A stretch of DNA of 64,000 nt from Sphaerodactylus townsendi (Eukaryota): contig NC_059426.1 in assembly GCF_021028975.2 (NCBI RefSeq), positions 88,598,001 through 88,662,000 on the forward strand, in the 5' to 3' direction. The notes beneath the pieces are model-generated. The model saw only the letters and a list, made by a program, of their open reading frames with translations. It was not told the origin of the DNA and ran no database searches. Position numbers and translations under genes: made by a program. This document shows positions 39,576-52,501 of the stretch, piece after piece; the stretch's first letter is position 1; each line of letters begins with the position of its first letter.

Positions 39576-42500
39576 TCTAGTCTAAATTCAGGCAGGAAAA
39601 CCCCAACTGAAAATACAGCAGCCCTTTCCCCCAGATCCAATTAAGCAGCAGAGTTCTCACAAGTGGGTACAACCATGCACCTCCCCCACGGGACCAGATA
39701 ACCGCACTCTCAGAAGATTCTGTAGAAAGGTTGTTCTGAAGAAGTGAGATGGCAAGACAACAGCAAGCAAGCAAACATGCTAAAACCAGTCAGAACATCA
39801 GAGCAACGGCAACCCCAGATACCTCAACTCCGGTCCCACCTGGACACTGATGGCAAAGCCAAACACTCAGGTCTTGACAATATTGTGGCATGAGTTTTCC
39901 ATGTACAAATAACTTGTTTTCTCAGGCACAAGAAGTGGATTGCATTGTGGACTGAACAACAGAAAACTAGCTGAGGGATGCAAGTTTTCACATGCTTTGT
40001 ATCTTTTGAATTCAATTTCTCCCTCCTCGCAACACCCACACAAAATGTAATGATCTTATGGTTTCAGACATAAATAGAAATTAATCAGCTTGAGATTCCT
40101 CAGAACCACTTTCATTATATGAAAGGATTTATTTCACACGCACACACTCTGAATGAAATCATTTTACTTCAATATAGAAAAGGCCTTTAATGAAAAAGAT
40201 AAATACATGCATAATGTACCACAATGTGATTTTTAACAACGATCCCCTTCCCCAAAACATTTGATCTGAATAAAGAGGCAGATGCTTTCTAGACTACAAG
40301 TCTAAGTGTTGTACCGTAAATTATAGCAAGATTCAGTTCTTAAAATGTCTACATATTCATCTAGAGAGTAATAGATGCTTATTAAATCATTTGTCACTGG
40401 TAAAACTAAAGAAAATGTACATGTTTCAGGATCACTAACACAAACTAGAGTTTACTTATTAACACAGAACAGAGATTTTTTTTATAATGGGTTGGATGGT
40501 CTATTTAGGCCATTTTTCTTTTCCTATTGTTCCAGTGGAGTAGTGATGTTAGTGAAGAAAAGCAAAACAGAAGTCTAGTGGCACCTTAATTATTAACAAC
40601 ATTTATTCCAGTATACTTAGTTTGTATTTTATATTTATTTTATTCTAGCTCTATCCTATGAAGAAACTTTTGGCATCAAATTCCAAAGTGCTTCAAAATA
40701 GATAAATCTTTTTTCCTTATAGTAGAGTTTTTTCTTTGCGTATATTCTTAGTTACTAATTTTTTTGTTTCCTTTAAAAATATAATAAAACTATTTCCCAA
40801 AATAGATAAACCTTTGAGCCAATAGTAAATATTATATTAGAGTTGGGAAGACACCTCAGAGAAGATCTCATACCACAGACTCCCTGGTGTGTATTTTCCT
40901 TTGAATATGTCAAGCAGGCATTACTCTCTTGGTGAGAGCCAAGGACATTTTTTAATGGGTCTGTAAAACAGGACCCCTTTGTCCAATTCCCTTCAATCTT
41001 TGGGGGACTCTTTAGTAGAGAGGGCTAAGGTTCCCTGAAAATGTGGTGACATTCGCCTAAAATATATATGCTCTGGAAGCTTGACTTTATATTCTTGTAG
41101 GAAATAATGGACAGACATCCATTTTTTATGAAAACAGAAACTGTTTACAATATGACTTCCCAATACAATAATACTCTCAATATTTAATTATAAGCATTTG
41201 ATGAGAATTAAAACAATAATTTTGGATGTGAGCACCCCAGCAGGAATTAGGTTTAGGCCAAAGGGGTCTGTATCGATTTCACAGCCCAGTCTACATTTTC
41301 ACATTCAGCGATCAGCTGCAAGCAGAGTTTCTGCCTAGTCTTATCATCGGCTCCAGGACCGATAACTAGAATGAATCTGGCAAAGAGTACCCTTGTTTTT
41401 TGCTTAAATATTTATATCCCACTTTTCATCCTGAAAAATCCAACAGTTTACAAATACGTGCAAGTGTAAAATTACCATTTTGAAATTTTAAAAAACTATA
41501 CACACAAACCAGCATTCTACCAGTGGAAATTGCCCACCATTCAACTATAATTCCCAGCCAAATTCATCATGAAACAGTCTTCTAAAAAACAGAAAGGAAG
41601 CTTCTTGCCTTACCTCCTTTAGTAGCCTAATGCAGAGAACTGAATTGATGACTAGAAAGCCAGTAATTGGGCATTTCAAGAAAAGGCTTTGTTTCCAGGA
41701 AACTAGAGCTGTGTTTTTTGGGGGTTTAGTTTGGTTTAATTATGTGGTATTTATTCATTGTCCTGTAGACTCTAAAAGAACAAATCTCTACAACCAAACA
41801 TTACATTGAATTTCTTCCCCACTTCCATAAAAAGCATTTTTCTCCCAGACAATTCCCACAAGGCATGTGCTCAACAACACTCATCTGTTATTAAGATCAG
41901 CTCAGCAACAAACAATCCCACTCTTGATGGTTTTGTTCCTGCTGCCAAGTGTCTGCAAGACACCAACCCTGAGACCTGGGGGGAAGGCATCCCAAGACAC
42001 TTGTTTATTTACTGAATTCTTTCCAAGCAGACTCACCCCATCTTAGAAGGCCTGAGCTCAGCTCAAATGACCAGCCAGCCAATACCCAGTGACTTCAGTG
42101 CAAGAGGAAAAGAACTAAATCAGGTGTATTTGAATTATAGTATTGACAAAGATTTTAAAGCTTTCTTGTTTTTAATGTTAATTTAAAGTTACTGTAATAT
42201 GGATAACTTCTCCAGTGAATGATGGGAGGGAAGTCCAAATAGTTATTTGTAGCATTTGTAGCATTGTAGCATTTACCTAATTGATTAATTAGTGTGGAGT
42301 GACTGAATCACTTTTGTGTAACTTTTATTAGTTTTTTGGTTGTTTTGTTGTAGTGATAAAATTCATTTTAAAAAAATTAAAAGGGGAAATGCCCTGTTTT
42401 GTACGTTTCTTGTCCCCTGTTCTAAAAGCATGTCTGACATTATAAAAACCATGGCTTCCCTGTTTCCTGCTTTTAATTAAGTATAACTTGGATAAACATT

Positions 42501-44221
42501 GTCAAGCATCCAGAGAACATTTTGGATGACCCATAATGCTCATCAAGCTCAAAAATGCTCCAGAACAGCTCCATGCTCATGAGCAGAATTAGGCCAACTA
42601 TATTTTGTACTAGCGTTTAACTTAGGACAACTATTTGGAAATCTTTTTTGAAGTTAAGCAATGGGCTGATTCTCAGCACTTCTGAGTACAAAAAGTGTTG
42701 GATCATCCTGAGTGGTATCTGGATACTTAACAACACGTCAAGAAGCACACAGTCTTTTAAGCACTGTTACATTTAACAGTACAATGATAGAGTTCTATGC
42801 ATACATTTCTTATTTATTGCAGCATATTTTAAAACATAAGACCTTTCTAATATCAGCAGGAATGTGATTTCCACCATTTGGTAAAGAATTGAATTGCAAA
42901 AGCATTGAGCAAAACCAAGTCAAAGAAAACACTGACAAAATCAAACTTCGCTTATTTAGAAAAATAGAGATAAATGTAGATGTCTCAAAAACAAATCCAA
43001 AATAATATTTTAATCAGCATCCAAACTGTATTATTGTATTTATAACCTTGCACCAGGTCACAAAAGAACATATTTCTTCTGTAGCATATATCATGCTTCA
43101 AGAGAGTGAAATAATTTCAGTCTCTCATCTTGCATAGATAGTCACCCAGTCTGTGGCCACAGAAAGTTGGCTGCAATTCTAAACATTCATACAAAGGAAT
43201 AAGTCCTGTCAAAAGTCTGTGGAACTTTCTCACACAAAAAGAGTACTGGATCAGTCTTTTGGCTCTCTTATTCCTAAAATAAGTTATTTAAACAAATATT
43301 CCAGGCGATCTCATTTTGGAAGTTTTCTATTTAACTGTAAATTCCTTGATCATGCTAGGAATTTTCAGACAAATGAAACTGTAGTTCATATATTAATATT
43401 TGATCAACTTCTCTGAATAAATAAGTATTGAATAGGACTTATAAGTCAAAGTTAGTAGTGATGCTCTGGCTAAAAGGCAAGGGGAAAGGTACTGCTAAGA
43501 GTATAAAGTGGTGGAAAAAACAGTATTGGGAAAGGACAGTCAAAGCTCAGGTGTAGACTGGCCCACTGACTGATGTCTTTACTGGCTACCCCTAAATCTG
43601 CCCTTCTCAGGCTCCAACCCTCAAATCTCCAGTTATCTCCCAGTCCAGAGCTGGCAGTCCTAACCTATTAAAATCAGCCAGATATTCCTTAGTACCTTGA
43701 GTCAAAACTCTTTTCTGGATAGATCTCATTACACAGCCACCTTACATTTGTTTTTACAATGAGTAAATTATTCTGTGCTGTGTATAAGCCACATAATTTT
43801 TATTCCAAGAAAAGCAACCTAACATCCTATTTCTTTGTAAAGATGCATTTTGACCCATAGTGGTTTCCTTCTGACTTCCTCTCAGCCTCCTCAGATCAAA
43901 CTGTGCAAAAGTGTCCCATGACCTCCACCAAGCATTCTTCCATTGAAAGAGTTGTAAAAGCTAAGCTTCAAAGCAGAAAAATGTCACATGGAACACAAAT
44001 ACTAGGAGCTCATCACAGCCTGCAAGAGAAACATTTGAACACATTCCAAAACATTGTTTGTTTGTTTGTTTGTTTGTTTGTTTGTTGAATTTAATAAACC
44101 ACCCACCCCCCAGAGGATTAGAGAATTAAATTTTCACATATTGGTTGTAAAAATCACTGCGTGATGTGAAATCAGTTTCCTCTGACTATTTCCTTTCCCA
44201 GTTACCAATTACATTTGCATG

Positions 44222-45183
44222 CACTAGCGTAATGCCCATTGGGCAAGGTGGGCAGCTGCCCAGGGCATCACCTTGTGGGGGGCATCAAAATGCTGGGTTC
44301 GTTTTTGGGTATTTTAGTGGTTTTCCATTTGTGGCCTGCAAGCCTGCAGGGGGGGGGGGCGCGATTATTTTAGGTTAGCGGCAATTCAAAAATCTCAGCG
44401 TATCATCATGAGACGGTCCTATGCTACCCCCCCAAGTTTGGTGAGGTGTGTTTAGGGAGTCTAAAGTTATGGAGTCCTAAAGGTGTTCTCTATCCCACAT
44501 TGTTTCCAATGGGGAGCTGTAATAGCGAGATGGGGGCTACAGTTTTGAGGTGGTCCGATACCTTTGGCCCCCCTGAACCAAATTGCACCAAATTTTGGGG
44601 GTATCATTAGGGCAGTCTCCTGATGAGACCCTGAAAGTTTTGAGACTGTGCCTTCAGAAATGTGCCCCCTACCGCCTGCAACCCCCATTGACAGCAATGC
44701 AGAAAACTCAATGCAGAACAAAGATTCTTGGGCAAATTTCTAGGATGTTCCTGCAGGGGGTGCATTTTTGGATGTATCGGCACCAAAAATTTCAGGGTAT
44801 CATCTGGAGATGATGGTACCCCCCAAGTTTGGTGCAGTTTGGTTCAGGGGGGCCAAAGTTATGGACCCTCAAAACTGTAGCCCCCATCTCCTATTAGCTC
44901 CCATTGGAAACAATGGGGGATGGGGCACCCCCTTTGGGAGTCCATAACTTTGGACTCCTTGAACCACACCTCACTAAACTTGGGGAGTAGCATAAGGACA
45001 GTCTCCTGATGATATGCTGAACTTTTGGTGCTGATATGTCTAAAAATGCAACCCCTGCAGGCACCAATGTCCTGGTGCAAAAAGAAATTTGGTCGTGGTG
45101 GAGTGGCCGCTCAAGGGGGGGGCATCCAACTCAGGTTTTGTCCAGGGCTACAGTTTGCCCAGGGCTGCCTCGTTACGCCCCTG
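44222..45183. mobile_element. Non-autonomous hAT-type element
   Basis: Ends cactagcgtaa / ttacgcccctg; perfect 8-bp TSD tttgcatg; internal alternating inverted copies of a ~150-bp module. Confidence 0.9.
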
Positions 45184-46297
45184 TTTGCATGCCTTGAATT
45201 CTCTGTACCTCTGCACTGACAGAGCTTTATTGCTAACGGGTTTATTTTAATATATTTGAACTCTTTCTGCTTCAGCAGGATAGACTATTGGAAACTGTCA
45301 TCTCATCTCTCACCAGCATCTCTAGTCACTGAAGGGCAAGTTACTGGAGTTCAATGGACCTCTGTACTTCTCTATACTGGTGTACCCTAGTTCATCAAAG
45401 CTCATCACATCATCTTCCCATAACTGGATTCTAAGTCTAATCTTCAACAGAAGCTGCATTTTCAATCATTCATTAAGCAAATCTTAATGAATGATTAAGA
45501 TTCATTAAGGACAATCATTCATTAAGCAAATCTTTCAAGCCAACTGTAAGTAATGAAAACAATTTGTAAATAAATGTTTCTCATTTCTGCAAGCATAACA
45601 TTGTTAAAAAGGTTCTTCTGAACCACAATGCCCTTTCTATGGCGTAATTGCAACTGTCATGTCAAAATAATTTGATAGTGAGTTATGATAAGCCACCACC
45701 ACAATGAGTTCCCTCTGGCACTAAAGCAGAGTTGTGTTTTTCAGCTTTAGAAAAAAAATCAAATTGATGAGTCATAAAGTCAGCTTGATTCAATTTCTGT
45801 TTAATTTCTTTTGAAGGGGAGTATTGCTGGTAACCCATGGCTGAAGTCAAACTCCCCTCTCTTGGAAGTCCTGCTGCTTATTCCCAAACAGGATGAAGAA
45901 AATTACTTAAGGCCATCACTGGTGAGGAAATAAATTTCATAAATGCTCAGGGGCACCCAGCAGTTTCCCAACAACAGACTTTACATAAGGAAGAATGACA
46001 TGTCATTCCATTATTCTTTTTTAGGACTTTTGTGCAGCTGCTGGGCTGTAGTTTGAAGGAAAAACTACTACAGGATGAGTGGAGCAGGAAATCAAAATGC
46101 TTTTCTTTGCCCTTGCACCATTTTTCTGTTGAAGATTGCTCCAACCAAGTGGTCTGACTGTTGCTGGGGAACTTTGTGCATACTCATGGGGTTACTATAG
46201 TGGGGAGCAGTAAAAGCAACTTGAGATAAGTGATTTTAAAGGCAGAAAAACATTCTGAGGGGAAAGGGTTTTAAAAGCACACATGCACACTTACAGG

Positions 46298-46965
46298 CAG
46301 CTGTGTACTGTTACCAAATGGCACAACTCCCCCTGCCCCCTGCCAAACTCCCCCACCACTGCTAATCACCTCCATTAAAAAATTAAACCTTTCCTCCTCC
46401 AAGTGGGGCCAGGGCAGATCAAGATGGGCTTCAGGAGGGCGGCGCCAGAGCAGTGAGGGACTGCCTTGTTTACAGGGCCACTCCTGGTACCTGGACCCAG
46501 CTTGCCCTGCAGGCATCCAGAGGTGCCCAGCAAGCAGGTCATGGGCTCAGCTGGTGGCCTCCCCTCCCCTTTCTGTGGGAGGCACCTTCCCAGTCAGGAT
46601 GCATTATGCCATTCCCCCTCACCACTTCTGGCTGGGCAGGTGGCAAAAATGCAGCCGGAGCCGCCACTCGCTCACTCACCCATCCACTATAGAGAATGTG
46701 CTCGGATGGGGCCAGATAACCTCCAGTCAAACTTTGGCTGCCTCCCTCAGCCTGGAGGTTGTCCACTCTGTTTCTAGCCTCTGTGGTTGATTTTTTTGCA
46801 TGGGCATGGCTGGGAGGAGTTCTAAGAAGGTGTGGGCTGGCAGGGGGAGCTCAGCTAGGGCTGGGGGCTGGGTGTGGGGGGAAAGAAAAAGGGGGCAGGG
46901 GCCAAAGTGAGCCCCCCATCTAGGCAAATGGGGCCTGCATTGTTTGCCCCCTAGATATGCCATTG
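46298..46965. mobile_element. Older non-autonomous hAT-type element
   Basis: 8-bp TSD cttacagg on both sides; GC-rich body; end ...gcccccctagatatgccattg. Confidence 0.7.
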
Positions 46966-49642
46966 CTTACAGGCAAATCCCTGTCTTCAGATTACACCTA
47001 TAAAATGGCTACATTCTGTAGAAAATGAAAGCTGTTTAAAAAGTTCTGTCCATATTTCTTATACTAACCCAGTTTGAAAAATGTGCAAAGGGCATGGCGC
47101 TGCTGGAACAGAATCATCACTTCATTCACATAGTATTGCCCTGGAAAATCTTTTTAAGTTGGGCCATGAGTTCCCTGAAAGTTAAAATCCAGGAGGAGAA
47201 ACTTCTCTTTTGACTCAGTAAGAGGGCTTGAAACTTCTTCACTTACCTGAAATCAACAACAGAAGGAGTGAACGGGAAGCATACTCAATTCCAAAACAGA
47301 AACTATCCATTTAACAAAGATACCATGGCACCTGAATACGTAATACCCAATTTATAAATGAGCTGAGGGTAATCCAACTAATTTTACAATGCTATTTAAA
47401 AATTAGCCTTTGATAATTAAACTGGATATAAAACAACATATAGATTCTTCTATTAAGAATGAATATGTAAAAAGACTGGAGAAGCTGGACAAAGGAGAAA
47501 TCAGAATCACTAAACTGGTCAATCTGGGATTGATACACACACAATGCAATCCTAAAAACCACTTTCCTGAAACCAACCCTGAATTAATAGACCTGCTTAG
47601 GATGGCTCTAACAAAGACTACATTCAGATATCATGACAAACCTGTGTTAGCTTATGACACAGACAGAAACATGTCATGCTCCCTCTCTTCTCTACCCTTC
47701 CTTCTCCATTGCCCAGGTGACTGCATTCAGATGTCATGGCAAATGGGAGTTTATCTGAAGGTTTCTAAACCAGGACACATGCATGAAGAGAAAAGGGAAG
47801 TAGTGGGAGTTTCTACAAACAAGTGTGTCTGTGTGTCCGGCATAAACAAACAGATTTTTCCTAACATATGAATGAGGAGCAATGTCCTATGCTCCAAAAT
47901 GGGACAAATAATTCCCTCAGGGGCTGTTACAGCTCAGGAACACAATGCTGAAGAGGAGCAGAAGCCTGTTCCCCAAAACAGTCTGGAAATGAAATGAGAC
48001 CCTGCAGACATTTAAAATTCTTCTCCCCACAGCTGCTATGCAGCTGCAGGTAAAGTGAGTGGAGTCTGGGAAACCCAGATCCAACTCTTTACAAAACTCT
48101 ATGTGTAGTTTGTAGAAATATATGACTTTATTTCATATCTTTTCCAAGGATGAAAGCACATTGATAATTTGACAAAAATTAGGTAGGGATCAAAACTAAA
48201 AAACATCAGGAGTGTTCTTAATTGTGCAGTGTTTGTTACTCCAGGTAGACCCACTTAAAGACAATGTCTGCAAAGTACTCTCAAAGTGTTTTTTTTTAAT
48301 CTGTGCTGATAACATCCTTGGCATTGTGGGGAGACCACCTTTTCTTACAATAAAGTATTTTTTTAAATTTACTCATACATTTCAACTTGGAACTTTTTTC
48401 TGAGTTGTCTATGTTTTTGCTGATATTGGTCTTCTATAGACTTATTTTATACCCTGGATTGTCTCACAAATTTTTACAACCTGTTTTACTACACATGTCC
48501 TTGAATGCTGAACAGGAAGCTAATAAAACAGACAGTACAAACCGACAAAACTAAAGCACTCAGTATATAATTTACAAAGCAACAGTATCATGTCACTGTC
48601 AAATATCTACATAAAATCTCATCACCTGTACCCTTCCATACTCTATTACATACAACTGATGGATTGATCTGATCATTGTTGGGGCAGGGGCAGGGGCAGG
48701 GGCAAGGCATACATTGTTCAGATATGCTGATGGTATGTTCTACTTTCTATAAGTTACACAGTAGCCTAAGGGGAAATTGACAAAATTGATAAGAATGTTT
48801 TCTCCAATGCACTTCTGGCTCAATTAGGAACAAAATACTTTTCCCTCCAATGTGGTCTCAGATCTTCAGTTCCCGTCTCTAAAACTGGAACAGGAGCAAC
48901 CTACTGGATAACAAGATCGCACAGGAGTGCCATCTTAAGAAGAATTGCACCTCTGCTAGTGTCTGAGAAGGGTGGAGTTTGGAGTGGTGCCTGACGAGGG
49001 TGAGGTTTTGGTAGTGAAAGGAACTCTATGTGGATGTGAAAGAATAGACTGCACCCTTTGAAGGGGCCACTTCCTCCAGGGAAAATTACTACTGTTGTCT
49101 GGAAATCAGCTGTGATCCTGGGAGACCTCCAGGCACTATCAAAAAGTTGGGAACTTCTCAACCAATCAGATTCTTAACTGCAGATAGACATGACATCTTA
49201 ATGTAACATGATTGTTAAAGATCATAAACATTCTCAATACTTTGTAAATAAACAACTGCAGTTCTTACAGACAGGTGCTAAGAATAGGTATTGGAAGTGA
49301 TTATTACTTTTCTGAACAAAAAATATTGTCGTGGACCTGCCCACAATAAACATCATACAGAGCTAGTATCCAAGGACATAGATCTTGGAATCCCCAAGTA
49401 TAAGTGGCAGAGTTTTGGGGATTTTACAGACTCTAAATATATCCTGTGAGTGTAATCCATCACTGCCACAATCTTAAACACACATCTCAGTGCTAGATGT
49501 GAATTATAAATATTTTACTTTAATAACAGAAAAAAGATTATTTGTTTATTTATTCATTCATTCATTCTATTTATAGGCAGCCCTTCCCTTTATGAATTCA
49601 GGGTGCATTCCAACACAAAACAATAGTAAAATTCATAAAATG

Positions 49643-50060
49643 CGGCTGGCCTCCACGCGGCTGGCCTCCACGCGGCAGACCCAGGAGCCTTCACAGCTCT
49701 GGCCCGGCCTGAATGGAGACACTCTCCCCACCTCCCGGCTGTTCGGGCCCTGCGGACAGCAGGTTCTGTAGGACACAGAACTGTTAAACAGGTGCCTTTG
49801 GAGGGACTGGCAGCAGAAATCTGTGCCTGCCAGCCTATGCTCAAGATGCCATCAGTAAACCTTCTTTATAGGAGGAAAAAATAGAGATTTGGTCGGACGC
49901 CTTCCCATTATTATTATTATTAGTATTGTGTAACCGCTGTTTTAAAGATTTTAATAACTTATTTATTATGTTTTATGTTGTACACCGCCCAGAGCCCCCA
50001 GGGGATGGGGCGGTATAAAAGTTTAAAAAATAAATAAAAATAAATAAATAAAATAAATAA
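49643..50060 (+). mobile_element. L2-like LINE 3' end with (AAAT)n tail
   Basis: tgtacaccgcccagagcccc..ggggatggggcggtataaaag followed by (aaat)n; possible TSD ataaaatgc. Confidence 0.7.
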
Positions 50061-50874
50061 AATGCCTCAATAAGCTTATAGCAATCATAATTTCAAACAG
50101 AGGGATGCAAAGACTATGTTATTAGACATATTGCCAAAAATACTCCAAACATTTCCAAAGAACTGATTCAGTATTTGATAAAGGTAGCCAGGGTAGTACT
50201 TGCCACAAAATGGAAGCCATCAGAGTGTCCAAGCCCAAAGAATTTGGAAAATAAACTAGTGGAATATGCAACAATGGCAAAATTAATGAACTCTGTGAAT
50301 AAGTGAGTTTCAAGATAAATGGCAAGCATATTACTTATTTTGTTAAAATAGTAGAATATTGAAGGAAATTGTTGAAATGATTGTATAAATTATCATTAAC
50401 CTTGATGATATATTATATATTAGATTGAAAAGGGGTTTAAAAGAAAACAGACAAATTATTAATCACATTTTGAAAAATGATAATAACATGTCAATACAAC
50501 TTTTATTTTGTGAGGAAATTTTTTAGAAAGTTATAATAGAAGTCATTTATCAGTATTCTTCATATAATTTGGATTATTCAAATGTATATTAAGAATAGCC
50601 ATCATTGGTAATCTTTTTTTTATTTTAGATAATAGTATATGTACAATTTGATTTCATCTCCTAGTCTCTAGAACTAATTGTAATTATGATTTGATTCTAT
50701 TTTCTTTTTTCTATTTTGTTAATTTCTATCTATATATTTTGTTAAAACTTTAAAAAAATATATCCTGTGGCGTGTTCCCAGACCTAGTTCCTACCAGCAT
50801 GGATTTGTTCATCAGGGCACACAATCTGACTCCTCCAAAGAAGCAGAGCTGTCCTTTTATCTTGGCCTACAGAC

Positions 50875-51168
50875 TAGGATTGCCAACTCTAGGTAGTGAA
50901 ATTCCTGGATGTTTCAGGGTAGAGCCTGGGGAAAGTGGAGTTTGAATAGGGGAGGAACTTCAGTGATGCCCAAAGGCACCTGGTAGGCCACTGCGAGTAG
51001 CAGAGTGCTCCACTAGATGGACTCTGGTCTGATCCAGCAGGCTGTTTCTTATGTTCTTCTGAGGTAAAAAATAGATTACATTTTCTCCAGGGGGACAGAT
51101 CTCTGTCATCTAGAGATCAGTTGTAATTCCTGGAAATTTCCAGGACTACCAGGAAGTTGGCAACCATA
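50875..51168. mobile_element. TAGGGTTGCCAAC-family hAT-type MITE containing a ~90-bp CR1 3'-end insertion (50966-51058)
   Basis: TIR taggattgccaac / gttggcaaccata; degenerate TSD ctacagac / ccacagat. The insert matches the reverse complement of the CR1 3' end at 975-1060. Confidence 0.8.
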
Positions 51169-51189
51169 CCACAGATCTGCCTATACAAA

Positions 51190-51329
51190 GGCTGATTCCG
51201 CATGGGCCAAAAACAGTGGTGTGAAAATGGTGTGAAAATGGTATAAACTCTTTTACATTGCTTTAAACCCTTTTACACCGTTTTCACACCGTTTTCACAC
51301 CACTGTTTTGGGCCCATGCGGAATGAGAC
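51190..51329. mobile_element. Short Harbinger-type MITE
   Basis: ggctgattccgcatgggccaaaaacagtggtgtgaaaa / ttttcacaccactgttttgggcccatgcggaatgagac; TSD AAA. Confidence 0.85.
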
Positions 51330-51415
51330 AAAAAGAATGTGATCACTTCCCCCACTATAAATTGCACAAACTAGTCCAGGCCTAAACTTTGCAGTTTACT
51401 TAACTATCTAAGTAT

Positions 51416-51933
51416 GGCCCTTTCCGCATGGGCCAAAAACGACGGCCTGGGGGCGGTAAAAACGCTGCCCCCAGGCCGCTGTTCGCACAGGCGACCTGAC
51501 TGCCCTCCCCCTCCCCCAGGGCGGCGTCAGGCCGCCCTAAACAACAACCCTTTAAAGGGTTGTTGTTGTTGAAGCGATCTTCAGCGGCAGCAGTGCGAAC
51601 GGCGCCGTAAAGAGATACGCTATCTCCCTGCCCGTCCCACTCACCTGCTTGTCCCCGTGCATTAAGCCTGCTGGCGATGAGAAGCCCATGCCCACGCTGT
51701 CCTCCGACCCCTGGAGGGTGGGAGGGCAGCGTGGCGAACGGCACCAGCAGGCTGGCTAAATGGTGCTTTTGACCAGACGAAACTGCTCCGTCGCGGAGCC
51801 ACGCCTGCCGTTTGCCCGGCCTCTGCTGAGGGCAGATCCGCGTCGCGTGCATCGCTTGAGCGACGCCTTCGCCTCCACGCCGGTGGAATTCTCGCCGGCG
51901 TGGTGGCGACAGGGAGGCCGTGCGGAAACGGCC
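51416..51933. mobile_element. GC/CpG-rich Harbinger-type MITE
   Basis: TIR GGCCCTTTCCGCA / TGCGGAAACGGCC; TSD TAT/TAT. Confidence 0.92.
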
Positions 51934-52501
51934 TATGAAATAGCTCAAAACAATAGGTGTGGGCAAGTTTTTTTTCTTTTGACCCACATAAAATATCACT
52001 TGGTATTAGACTTCTGTCAATACAAAGAGTTTTATTATAGAACTCCAAACTATCTAAACTTTGATTTATACTTTGTTGACTCCCTGTGTTACCCTGTTCA
52101 TGCCACGTGGTTAGTCAAGATTGTTGCTGAAGGCTTTGAGGCCATTTCACTTATTTATATACAAAATGGTCGCTATGCCAGGCAGGACTAATCCAGCACT
52201 GAACAAAAGTTAAATCTTTTCAAATACCACACCCCATTTCAGACATTTATAGGTTTCAACAGAGACAGTCATACATTTGCAAGGCAGCTATAGCTTATGA
52301 AATCTATAAACAGAGAAAAAGAGCTCTCAGAGTATTCACTGCATTGCACTTTATAACAGAACCAAGGAGCATGTCAAGCTACCAAACTAGAAACAATTCT
52401 TCAGAGCAATGGCTCTTAATTATGGAGTTTTCAAAAAGAAGGTAATGGCTAGTGGTAATGATGTCTAATGTATTTTTAAAATGAAGACTTAATAGAAAAA
52501 A

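Noticed and set aside
47410-47871. 153-aa plus ORF
   Set aside because: No recognisable domain or splice signals; probably decayed repeat fragments.
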